The position numbers were made by a program, and so were the translations under genes. DNA of 64,000 nucleotides from Eledone cirrhosa (taxonomy: Eukaryota): assembly GCA_964016885.1 (NCBI GenBank), contig OZ024741.1, forward strand, positions 18,290,001 through 18,354,000, read 5' to 3'. The notes under the pieces are model-generated. The model had not been told where the DNA came from. It made no database searches and was given only the letters and a program-made list of their open reading frames with translations. Below, one piece after another: positions 28,661 to 39,890 of the stretch. Position 1 is the first letter of the stretch; each line of letters starts with the position of its first letter.

Positions 28661-28984
28661 AAGGTCTATATACTTAAATCAGACTTTCAATTGCACAAAC
28701 TTGACCGTAAATAAATCTAGCATTTATTCTTTTACTATTTTCAATCATTAGAATGCGAGCAAAACAGTCCAGTACATATTTTTTAATGTCCAGTACATAT
28801 TTTAACCATCTTTTTTTGTTTAACCGCAGAAACACAACACACATACATATATGTTTTTATGTGAGTAACTGGTGGTTACTAGCGGCGACACTGGTCGAAG
28901 CACTCGATAATGTTACGGGGTCCGCCTCGTTAGGTCGTGCTCCACGTTTAAGGCGGTTGTAGTTTGCAGGGTGTATATAAAGTG

Positions 28985-29247
28985 ACAATAAGAATTGCAG
29001 CTTTTTGTAACACTCTGTTTCATATTACAATTGTTTCTATATTGATCAGCTCGAGTTTGATGAGGAGATCGAATACCGACTCTTAATCAACACTTCTTCA
29101 GATTGGAACCACCCATGTAAACTCTCATCTCTGAAGAATTGTCGATATAAAAGTTGGGATCGGATCACCAGATCAAACTCGAGCTAATCGATATAGAAAC
29201 AATTGTAATATGAAATAAAGTTTCACAAAAAGCTGAAATTCTTATTG
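28985..29247. mobile_element. Inverted pair of Penelope-like terminal fragments, each with an extended-stem-II hammerhead
   Basis: About 120-bp inverted arms; plus copy 29125-29213 TCATCT-CTGAAGA-..TGTCGAT...ATCGATA..-GAAA-CAATTG-TA-ATATGA; minus copy about 29020-29107. Confidence 0.7.
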
Positions 29248-29559
29248 AAACTCAGTGTGTGTGTGTGTATATATATGTATGTGTGTGTATAGGTATGTGT
29301 GTGTTTGTGTGTATGTGTGTATATGTATGTGTGTTTGTGTGTGTTTGTGTGTGTGTGTTTGTGTGTTTGTGTATGTGTGTGTGTTTGTGTGCGTGTGTGT
29401 GTTTGCGTGTGTGTGTGTGTGCATGTGTGCGTGCGTGTGTGCGTGCGTGCATGTGTGTGTGCGTGCATGTGTGTGTGTGTATTTTGAATTCAAAGAAAAA
29501 TTATCCATGCGTTGGGCAACGATGCCCATGATTACGGGAAAAACAATTGTACAGCACGG

Positions 29560-29700
29560 CTGTAAGGCAACAGTTTCAGCATTCGGTCAACGGAAGAAGG
29601 GAGTCGGTGTAAAAGCTAAACTCACTATCTTCAGTTCGGTATTCATGCCGACCCCTACCTGTGGTTCCGCTTGGGGATCCAGTCGGATCAGATGGACACG
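29560..29700 (+). pseudogene. Small RTE-clade LINE ORF2 remnant
   Basis: KAKLTIFSSVFMPTPTCGS resembles the RTE K.KL.IY.S.F.P.LTYG segment. Confidence 0.45.
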
Positions 29701-30077
29701 ATTGTTTCGACAGAACCCACTGGAGGGTGTACTTGAGGATTCTGCCTCCATGACCCTCCCAGAGCAAACATCACGGACGCTCTATCTCAAAATTATTTTT
29801 GAAAAGCATTTAGAAATGCGCAACCGGTAAAACTTAAAACCAAAACTGAATACTAACCAATACAATTACTAATTCTCATTTATTCCTAATTAAACTATTT
29901 TTCACTGTGAACAATTTGTCAGCATTTTCTATTCCGTTTACCAATATATAATAACTTGTGTTCTTTTAACTATATATATATATATTCTTTTAACTATATA
30001 TATATATATATATAACGAAGGAAATGTGGAGAATTAGCCGTCGAAACGGCTTGAGCTCAGCCGTCAGGGTCTTACTT

Positions 30078-30137
<60 letters not shown>

Positions 30138-30186
30138 AAATAAATAAGTCAATTATTTAAAATTTGGCTTCGTTTATTAAAGGTGA

Positions 30187-30241
30187 ACTGCTATATATAT
30201 TTCGGTGACAACCATATTTGGCTGCGACCTCTTCAGGCAGT
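30187..30241 (-). ncRNA. Hammerhead ribozyme in Penelope 3' pseudo-LTR
   Basis: ACTGC-CTGAAGA-GGTcGCAGCCA(AATA)TGGTTGTcACC-GAAA-TATATA-TA-GCAGT. Confidence 0.8.
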
Positions 30242-31382
30242 CCGAATTGGTGTGGTAGAGACGGTACACATGTTGTTAAAGTGTTTAACTCCGTCAATAC
30301 TCCGATATGTCCAGTTCTTGGTTGGGTTGTTATTTCTCTGAGGAACGGGAATCATATGAATTCGAACAAACGAATTTCGGCGTCAAAGGACACTCTCTCC
30401 TCCCATTGGTCAGTTGTGAGAACATTCCTCAGTCAAAAGTCTATAGAAATTTTTTCTGAGGCAAGGCCATCTGTTGTGGTTGTTTTTGTTAAGTACAGCT
30501 GACCTCCTCCCTTGTGTTGGTAGTGGTGTTGGTGTTGGGGTCAGCTTTAGTTCGGCTGCTGCTATTTTTAGAAGAATTTGTGTGTGTGTGTTGGCATCTA
30601 TCCTGCCACAATTTCTCGTGGTGGTGGGGGGGGGGGTCAAACAGATGAAGAAATAAGATAAAGTAAAATAGAGAAATAAAAGAATATAAGGCAATAAAAT
30701 GAAGAAAATTTAAAAAAATGAAGAAAATTAAAAATAAAAAAATAAAAAAAATCAAAGAATAAAATAAATAAATAAAAATGTAAAATAAAATAAATAAATA
30801 AATAAACAAAAAAATAATAAAATAGTTAAAAGAATAAGATAATAAAAGAATAAAATAAAATGCGTGTGTGTTATAACCAATCTCAAAGTTTGAAAGATTT
30901 GGAAGGTATTGACCGAAGTAGAAAGGCTGTGTCAGAATCAAGAAGTGCAAAGGATCACAATCTTTACACTATCATGGTGTGGTTCGTTTTAAGAGCAAAT
31001 GAGGCAAGGGTGGAGTGTAAAACACCAGAACCCGAGTGTTAAAATCCGGAAATGCAGAGGACTATAGTTCCTATTTCGGCATACAGCACATATGCGTGTA
31101 TGTCAACATTATAAACCCCTCCCCACACACACACATACACACACGCACACGCACACACACACCCACATGCACACACACACATACACACGTGTAAGTATCT
31201 GTGCATGTACAATCTTAAATAATAGTATCTATGTATGGACATATGCATAAGTATGTGTTGTCACAGGAGTCGATCGAGGCAGGGTAGGGGTGGTGATTGT
31301 GCAGGGGGTGGTTTACCGTGGGGTCGAGGTGGTGGGGCTGTTGTCCTTATAGCTAGAGGGAAGTTCCCATCCCAATGTGTTG

Positions 31383-33555
31383 TTATTGTCCATATAGCTT
31401 GAGGAAGGTCCCGGCCCTGAGGTGTCTACATGTCCCGAAGAAGTCAGTCCTGAGGTTTATCAGGCTGCTTCCACCTCTGAGTATCTCGAGGGTCTCGCTC
31501 AGACATAGTTTGCAGATGCCAGATCCCCCTTTATCAGGTGGTACTTTCCTGATTATGGACCAGGCCAGGGTGTACGGGGTCCTGTCCAGCTTGAGCTTCC
31601 AGATCAGTTCGGAAACAGCCGTACTTTTCCTTTTACCCTCCCTATTAAAGGAATGGCGATACCATCGGTCTTTGAAGCTCGTTGATGTTTCTCCTATGTA
31701 AAGGTGTTCAGAGTTGGGGTTTTTTACTCTACATCCGTATATTAAGTTCTTCCTAAGGCATTCATTACTAAGGGGGCATAATTCGGGGTTTCTGCAGTTG
31801 CAGGTGGTGGTCGACCTCCGCGTGCCTAGTGTGGAGTTCCCGTTACGTGTTATATGGTGGTCTTCCCCCGGGCCCGGTGGGGGGTACCTGGGTCTGTTTG
31901 GGTTTCCAGGGTGGGCTCTGGGTCCACCCTTCTTTCCCTCCACATGGTTCTGCTGGGTGCTTGTATTGCCAGCTTCTGGTTGTGTGTGGTTTTTAAGTCT
32001 ACCCCTATTGATGCTAGCTATGAGCTGAGCCACATTTCTCGTGGTAAAATACGAGAGCTTCACAGTGTGTCTGTTGAAGATCTTGTGGTATCTATGGTCC
32101 GTCCCTTGGGAAGCATTTATCTAGTGCTCTAAAGAATGAGCGGGCCAAGCTGTTCTTTAGGGCCGTTGAGTAGGGTGGGTTGTACCACGTGATTTTTCTG
32201 CGTCTACTCCTATGTGGGTGGGTTGAGCGTGCCGTGCGTGGGCTTTTGAGGAGTTGTTGGGTTGCTAGTGGTTCCCGAATTGCTGCTTCCCCTTTGGTGC
32301 TATGTGTTTTGCTACCTTCTCGGCTCGAGTCTGTGGGGTGGTTGTTGCCCGCGCTGGGATCTCTACAATGGGATGGTCCCCCATCACTCCCTCTACGTGT
32401 TGTGCGGTTGGAGTGTCGGGCCCGGGGTGGTTAGTATCACCCCTGAGACCACTACTCGTATTGGGTTTCCTCCCATGGTTATGCGTACGCGTCGCCCACG
32501 CCCATATGGTGGTGTCGGGCTCATGGTGTTTAGTTGTTTCCATTCTGCCTGTATTTTTAGGGTTCGCCCCCTCCCGGACACCGTGGGTGGGGGGTGCCCG
32601 GTGGGCCATGCCCATCATGTCGCCTCGGATTATATGATATATTTTGGTCATGCGCCGCCTTATTTAGAGCTGCGTTGTAATATTCTGCGTTGCTATCGAA
32701 GATTTCCTTATTTGCGGACAGGCTGGAGATCCTGTCCGAGACACATATCACTACGGCCTTAATTATGAATCTAGGGTGGTTTGATTTGGCGTTAACATAT
32801 ACAAGATTCTCGTTGGGCTTGTGGTAGGGGTGGTATTGCTCGGTGTTCAGGTTTAGGGTGGTGTCTAGGAAGTTAACTACCTTTCTATTTGGGTCTAGTT
32901 CGATACTGAGCCCATGGTTCTTAAAGAAATGCCGAATACGCCTCTTCATTCTCTCCACCATAGTGGTGCTGTCGTCATAGACTGTGAAGAGAGCATCGTC
33001 ACGATACAATCCGCCGCCCAGGCAGGGGATTTCTTCCTTTATCTGCTTCAGCAGGAAGAGCCCAACCAGGTCCGTTACTTGTGCGGAGTCGCTGGAGCCC
33101 ATCGTGATGTCAAAGTTATTTGGCCAGTCACTCCTGGTCCAAAGGTCTCCACCGAAACGGATCAAGGTCTTTCGGGCGGCGTGGATGATGCCCACCTCTT
33201 CTCGGGTTAGATTCGTATTGGACATCGCTAAAAACAGGGCCTTATTGAGTACTATGGGCGAGATTGAGGAGTAGTAGCCTGCGATATCCAGTTGGTTAAA
33301 GCTGGTCCTACTTTTCCCAGGTAGTATCTTAAACCATTCTATTACCTCTCCCGTGCGTGATCATTGCTGTAATCTAGTTTTTTTTCGAAGCTTTGGCAAA
33401 ACCCTATCTAGTATGCTTTTACTAACGATCCCTAGCTCTGATCTGGAGGGGGTTATTAGTCTAACAGGGAGGTCGGACTCAAAGTTTGGCTTGTGATCTT
33501 TAAGGGTAATCCGCGGCTCCCTTGGTTGGTATGGGGCCGTCCTGTCATTTATGCC
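31383..33555 (-). pseudogene. Penelope-like reverse transcriptase + GIY-YIG endonuclease, disrupted
   Basis: RT motifs QLDIAGYYSSI, FDITMGSSDSAQVTDLVG, GLYRDD, VNFLDTTLNL; CNCRNPELCPLSNEC, LIYG..LYIGET..FKDRWYRH, CKLCLSE..CRH; in-frame TGA at 33361-33363 and frameshifts at about 32100-32650. Confidence 0.9.
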
Positions 33556-33577
33556 CGTCTCTACCACAACAATTGGA

Positions 33578-33628
33578 ACTGCCTGAAGAGGTCACAAAGA
33601 TGGCTGTGACAGAAATATATATAGCAGT
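33578..33628 (+). ncRNA. Hammerhead ribozyme in the inverted pseudo-LTR
   Basis: ACTGC-CTGAAGA-G-GTCACA(AAGATGGC)TGTGAC-A-GAAA-TATATA-TA-GCAGT. Confidence 0.8.
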
Positions 33629-33822
33629 ACACCTTTAATAAACGAAGCCAAATTTTAAATATTTGACTTATTTATTTTATTGTACATTACACCGGAGTAA
33701 CCAAACCAACCTGCGCACTTTGTAGAGTGCTCCAATCTGCATACTGATGTGTCGGTAAACAACCAACATATACTCAAAATTTACATATATATATACAGAG
33801 ACTGGGAGAGAGAAACAGATAA

Positions 33823-33825
<3 letters not shown>

Positions 33826-33909
<84 letters not shown>
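33826..33909. repeat. (GATA)n tract at the 3' end of Tx1-like copy A1
   Basis: About 21 perfect AGAT units. Confidence 0.97.
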
Positions 33910-33910
<1 letters not shown>

Positions 33911-34141
33911 ATTTCTATTTATTTGCCACGAGGGCACAAAAGAAGGGGACAAATACACAGTGGGGGAGTTTACATAAATCGAGTAAAGAAAAAAGGAATA
34001 ACAATAATAATATAATAATAAAAAGTCCTCAAAAGGGAGGGGGGGTGTTCGGGATTGCACATACCCCCGAAAAGTGTGCAACCCTTTTCGCGGGGGAAGC
34101 CCAGAGAGGAGGCGCTCCCCCTTTCCTCTTCACTTCTTCAC

Positions 34142-37100
34142 CTACAGAACAATGTAGAGAGAAGGCCCATTTACACGAGCCATTCTCGCTTCTTTCACCC
34201 ACCTTTCATAAAACTGTCTGGGGCCAAGCACTTCTCTCTCCATCCTGATCCTTCTTCCGAAGTGGTATCGGAAGAAGTAAACCAGGTGATGGCCGGAGAG
34301 AAAGTCACCCGACCTCAGACCTTTCAGGCGCGTCCACCACACAACCTCTTTCATCATGGCTATTACGCACAGAAAGACCGCCTCTGCTTCGTTTCTGAAG
34401 GGAGGCGGCGGCTTGATGTTCACCACAGACTCGGCGGTTAATCGAATCGGCGCCACACGCGACAGCAGTCGTTCGACGTAGCCCCACAGATCGCCAACGC
34501 CCGGGCAGTGTACCAGTGCATGCGCAACGGTTTCCTCGTCGCGCACGCATCTGGGACAGATCTTTTTCGCTGGATCCCTGCCCGGGCGCCCGTGTCTGTA
34601 GAGCTTTTCTAGAACGGGCAGAGCCCCCCGGTAACACTGCCAGGCTAGGGACCTCTGGAAGTTGTCCATGGGTCCCGGGCCGAAAGTTCTACCGAACAGG
34701 CTGGCCAGTTCGTCCTCCTCCATGCCTAGCGACTCTCCAAGGGTGTCGTCGCCCCTGCTAGCCAGCAGCCCTCTATAGAATGTCGAGGTGGATTCTCCAC
34801 TGACAGTCGGGTCCGCTTGCCAGATAGCCGTGAGCGCCTGGGCACACTCGGTGTGCCAGTTGCCCAGTTTTCTCGGTCTTTGCTTCACCCAGGATTGCAG
34901 CTCGGTGAGCGAGACGAGCTGTGGGAAGGCTCGCCTCACAAACGGGGCCCACACCGGCTGACCGGTGAGGAATACCTGTAGATGCCGTAGCCTCAATGCG
35001 TGCCTACGCATCAACAGCCACGGCATACCCAGCCCTCCTTTCGAAGGGTGCTGGCAGCAGATGGATCTCCTCACCATGTGAGGCCGCTTCTTCCAGAGGA
35101 ACTGGAAGAGCATGCGTTCCATGATGGTGATCTTTTCCTTGGGGCAAGGCACGACGATCAGGCGGTAGCAGATGACGGACGTCACCTCCGCCCGACCTTT
35201 CAGTGATAGTTTGCACTTGGCCCACTTCTGGGTCAGCGCAAACACCCTGCTCGTCACCTCGCCCCAATTCTTCTCCACCTGGAGGTCCGGTCCGAACCAG
35301 ACCCCGAGCAGCTTCACCGGGCCCTCCGTCCACCGCCCGACGACACCGTCTAACGGCATCGGTTTGCCCCTCCACGTTCCGAGTTGCAAACCGACTGACT
35401 TGTCCCGGTTCAGCCTAGCCCCCGTCAGCCTTTCGTATTCCTCCAGTAGGGTGGCGATCGCCCCGATTTCCGAGGCGTCCGCCACCATTACTGTTACGTC
35501 GTCGGCATAGGCCGAGACCGCTTTGTGTAATCTCGGTTCCAGGGGTATGCCCCGCAGCAACTCCAACTTCCGCAGCAGTGGCTCGAGAGTCAATACGTAC
35601 AGAAGGGAGGAGAGGGGGCACCCCTGTCTGATGGACCGGGTGATTTGAAACGGCTCCGAGAGGTAGCCGTTTACTTTAATCTTAGAGTAGATGTTGCCAC
35701 TGTGCATGGCAGAAATCCAGCCCCTGAAAACGGGTCCGAAGCCCGCCGCCGCTAGCACCGCATCCAGGTAACCATGGTCGACCCTATCGAACGCCTTAGA
35801 TTGATCCAAGTTGATCAGGTCCCCACCAAAGCCGGGTTCGTTGCCAACCCTCTCTATGATGTATCGCATGAGGTGGAGGTTGTCGTGAATGGACCTGGAC
35901 GGGATAGCGCATGTCTGCGCGTCTCCCACCAAACCACCCACCACAAGCGCCAACCTCTTCGCCAACACCTTGGCCAAAATCTGTAACTCTGCCTTCAGCA
36001 GAGTTATGGGCCTAAAGTTACTTAAGTCGTCCCCCTTGCTCTCGTCCTTCCTCACTAGCGTGACCACGCCCTTGGTCACAGAACAGGGAATTCTCCCGTT
36101 CTGTTGCCAGTTGCAATAGACAGCCTCGAGGAGTTCGGAGAACAAGACCGGCATAGCTAAATAAAGTTCGTATGGTAGACCATCGAGACCCGAAGATTTG
36201 CGTCTGCTGCATTGGCTGAGCGCTTCCCCGATTTCAGTGGCTGTGATTGGCCTTTCGCAGCACTCCGCTTCGCCGCTCGAAAGACGCGGTAGACCGTCGA
36301 GGTATGGACCGAAGTCCACATCCCCGTCCGGCCCCCCGCCCCCTCCGAACAGTCGAGCAAAGTGCCTTTGAAAGGCCTCGCACATTCGCTCAGGTTCAAG
36401 GATCACCCGTCCATCCTGGTCTCGCAAAGACCGAATGGTGGATTTAATCCCACTCTTGGCTTCTGTCACGCGGGCCCAGCTAACAGCTTTAGTCCCCTCG
36501 TTTCCTAAAGCACGTATTTTACTTCGGACAACGCAGCCTTCGTGCTTCGCGTCAAAGAACTGGCTCAACGCCGTTCTCGCCGCTAACACTCTGGCTACGT
36601 CTCCGCTCCTAATCGCCTCTTCTAGTTTATCTGTTAACTCCCTTTCCTTCCTATTTCTATTCGCCGCTAGTTCCTTACTGTAACCTATCGAACTTACTCT
36701 AATCTCTCTCTTTAGAGATACCCACCACCTACTGTTGACGATCGCTCCCGTCAACCGCATCTTAACTAAGCTACTAATCCGGTTCCTGTAATCTTTCTTT
36801 GCCGGCAAGGACAAGTTCATCTTCCAGTAACCGGGACCCTGTCTATGCGTTCTATCAAGGTTGACCACGCAGGTCACTGATTTGTGATCTGAATAGCCAA
36901 CCATGATCAATTCTGGACAACTAAATACGTCCCTATCCTTACTCCTAACCAAAAACCTATCTAGGTACGACCTAGATTGTCCACTGCGGTTTGCCCAGGT
37001 CCAGGTTGGCGCAGTTGGACAATCTAGTCGAAATCTATCGACCAGGTCGAATCGATCGAGTAACCCCTTGAGGCTGCTACACCCCCCTCTATCGGGACAT

Positions 37101-37568
37101 GCCCCTGCATAGTCCCAACGCGCATCTAGGATTCCATTCCAGTCCCCCACTAAAAGCAGGGAACGCGACGTTCCTAGAAAAGTCTCCAGACGCTGGAAGA
37201 AGTCGGCTCTTTCAGCCCCGAAGGGGGCATAAAGACCGACCAGTCTGAAAGCCCCGCCTTCACCGCCTCCGACGTCCAGCACCAGTAATCGACCCCCCGG
37301 GTCCGAGTGAACAATCTGTACGTCGAGAGCCAGACGTTTATCCAGCAGTACGGCAACTCCCCCCACCCGCGCCTCCGGGTTGACAGAGAGATGCGTGCAT
37401 CTCAAAGTCATCGAAGGCGGGAGCCAGCTGTCGCACGCTGCTGATCCGACTCTCGCAAACAACCATCACATCTATACTTCGTGACCTGAGGTCACTTAGT
37501 AGCTTTGCTTGCTTCCAAGCTGAGCCCAGGCCACGCGCGTTCAAACAGCCAACTCTCAATTGATCTAT
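34142..37568 (-). pseudogene. ORF2: APE endonuclease + RT + C-terminal CCHC finger; one frameshift at about 37365 and no ATG
   Basis: LNARGL, VGDWN, SYLDRF, YSDH; FRPITLL, LDQSKAFDRVDH, RQGCPLS, AYADD, GGLG; CPRC..ETVAHALVHC. Confidence 0.92.
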
Positions 37569-39396
37569 TTTGGTGTTGAAAGTGAAGAAAGAAAAGCACC
37601 TACCTCTCTGGGTTGTGTAATTTCCATGGCGTCAGGTGTGTTGGGTGGAGGGATGTTTTGTGGTGGTGTGGGGGATCCCGAGTGTGGTGGGTTTGGGGTG
37701 TTTGGAGTTGTGTCAGGGAGAGGGGAGGTTATGGGGAAATCTTTCAAGAGGACGCGATTTAACGGTTTTAAACAGGGGGGGCTCACGTCCTGTCTAAATT
37801 GTTCTTTTAAGGAACGATAAAGGTCCAGAGGGACCTTTATCATTTTTAAATGGGTGAAGTTCTCTGTTGAGATAAAGTTTGGCCCTTCGGTCTGCACCAA
37901 AGGGCTATTGTTTATTAATTTAAACAGTTTTTTGTTTTCTTTATTTATATATGTGTATTGCAATGTCTTTTTTTGTGATGCTGTCAATGTTTCGGAGAGG
38001 GGAGGCGCAGATTTATTTTTGTTTGTTGAGGGTGGGGTGTTTTTTATTGGAGTTGGTGTTTGTGTGTGGGTTATTTGTGGTGTGCTGGGTGTGTGCTTTC
38101 TTTTTTTTCTTTTAACTTGTCTGAAGGCTTCTCCTCCTTCTTCTTCAGAAGTTGGGGGAAACTCTTCAGCGCTAGGTGGGAGGGACGTCGTGTCTGGTTG
38201 TTTTTTTTTTGCGGGAGGGGTAGATTTGTTGCTGTTTTTTTTATTATTTGTTTGGAATGCGTTTTGTGGTGGTGGTGGTGCTGTTTGTGTCGTGCTTGTG
38301 GTTGGTAATGGTGGTGGTGGTGTTTGTGTTGGTGATGGTGGTGGTGATTTTTGTGTCGTGCTTGTGTTTGGTGCTGGTGGTGGTGATGTTTGTGTTGTGC
38401 TTGGTGGTGTTTGTATTTTGTTTGCTGTGTGCGGTATTAGTGTATTTTTGGAGGTGGGTGGTGTTGGTGTACTGTTTGTGGTGGGTGTGGGCAATAGTCC
38501 TTTTTGGGGGATACGTTTCGGGCAGTTAGCCTTAATGTGTCCCCTTTCCGTGCATAAATAGCATGCTGGTCTTCTCCCCTCTACAATTATATCTATTGGG
38601 GTGAGGTCATCCAGCCAGATGCGATCCGGGATTTGTGCTATTCTTTCGGGCCTCATTTGGACTAGTAGGTCGAGGTCCATTCCCAGGAACGCATCTCCGG
38701 ATGCCTTCCTCATTGACAGCACTGTGTCCTCGCCCATGTCTATGAAGCCAGCAATAGCCCACCAGAAGTCCATTGTGGGCAGCATTGTTTGTATTTTTAC
38801 TCTCTGTGTTCTTCTACCCATGTAGGAGGGATAGAAGCTGTATGTTGTCGATGAGAGTGGGCTTAGGGAAAGCTTCTGTGCCGTTTCCTTGTCTTTTGTT
38901 AAGACCGAAATGCTGCCATAGAGTCGGTCCTTTCGTATGAAGAGAATATTCTTCATATAGTCTTTTAGGACCAACTCTATCTCCATTTGGCTGGGCTGTG
39001 CTGGCTTTCTTGTTTGGTTTAGGATTGTTCTGAAGAGAACTGTGTTCTCTGTTATCGCTTTCTTGAATTCTGGGGGGGGGGGTTAATGGAAAACATTCCG
39101 TTCTCCCCGAAAACAATGTGTTTCTTTGCTTCGGCCAGTTTTTCTCTGGCGGCAGTTAGGTCTATTGGTGTATATGTTATGGACTGTTTTGTTTTCTGGG
39201 CGAAAGTTGCCTTGTTGTTATTTGTATTATTATTTTCTGTTTGTTTGTTTTCCGTTTGCTCATTTTCCGTAACATTTGTTTTTTCATTTTCCTTGTTTGT
39301 TTCGTTGTCTAATTTTGTTGTATTTATTTTTTGTTCTTCAGACTTGGGGGGCGTGGCAGAGCTAATGGCAGACATGTCTGCCATCTTTTCCGCCAT
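37565..39396 (-). pseudogene. ORF1: gag-like protein with one CCHC zinc knuckle and a Pro/Thr-rich linker; frameshift at about 39050-39085
   Basis: CYLCTERGHIKANC; collinear with A2 ORF1. Confidence 0.88.
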
Positions 39397-39597
39397 GCTG
39401 CCAAGAAAGAAATTTTACAGCAAAATAGATATTTATTTTACCCCCTAAGAAGGGGGTAAATGTAAAAATGTTTCCCTAAATAACAGGGGTTAGTGTTCCA
39501 AATGTATTGCACTGAAAAAGTTATCTGGTACTTACTATAGTAAGGGTTAATTCCGATGGAATAGCGGAGCCGATGTGAAGCGTGTCTTACTCTATCA

Positions 39598-39626
39598 AGA
39601 TAGATAGATAGATAGATAGATAGATA
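39598..39626. repeat. (GATA)n spacer between A1 and B
   Basis: About 7 AGAT units. Confidence 0.95.
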
Positions 39627-39890
39627 TGTTTCTTTTATTTGCCACCAGGACATCAAAAGTGGGACAAGTACAAAGGGGGGAGTTTACACAAAAAGGCGTC
39701 CTCAATAAGGAGGAGGCAATAACAAAGTATAAAAATAAAATAAAATATAACAAAAAATAAAATTTCTAACAAAATCCTCAATAGAGAGGAGGCGCCTTGG
39801 GGGGTCGCACACACCCCCGAAAAAAGTGTGCAACCCTTTTCCTCAGGAGCACAGAGAGGGGGTGCTCCCTCGTTCCTTCCTCTTTTCCAC

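Larger units (their letters stand above)
30130..33680 (-). mobile_element. 5'-truncated Penelope-like retroelement (Naiad-like) with 3' pseudo-LTR and inverted pseudo-LTR at the 5' truncation
   Basis: 30133-30264 and 33555-33680 are reverse-complement homologues bracketing RT and GIY-YIG coding sequence. Confidence 0.9.
33910..39597 (-). mobile_element. Tx1/L1-clade non-LTR retrotransposon, family A copy 1 (about 5.7 kb, apparently full length)
   Basis: 5'UTR-ORF1-ORF2-3'UTR with AATAAA; both ends coincide with those of copy A2. Confidence 0.93.

Noticed and set aside
33361-33363. In-frame TGA in the Naiad-like RT as selenocysteine (reported for some Naiad elements)
   Set aside because: It falls at the conserved Trp of the QW...VI.WF motif (TGG to TGA), not at a Cys, in a copy that also has frameshifts
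33680-33910. Tx1 array nested inside the Penelope element
   Set aside because: The Penelope copy ends at its inverted pseudo-LTR (about 33680) and no continuation appears after 51010
37854-38561. Plus-strand Gly/Val/Cys-rich ORFs (also 43560-43979 and 49234-49950)
   Set aside because: Antisense shadows of the C/A-rich ORF1 linker
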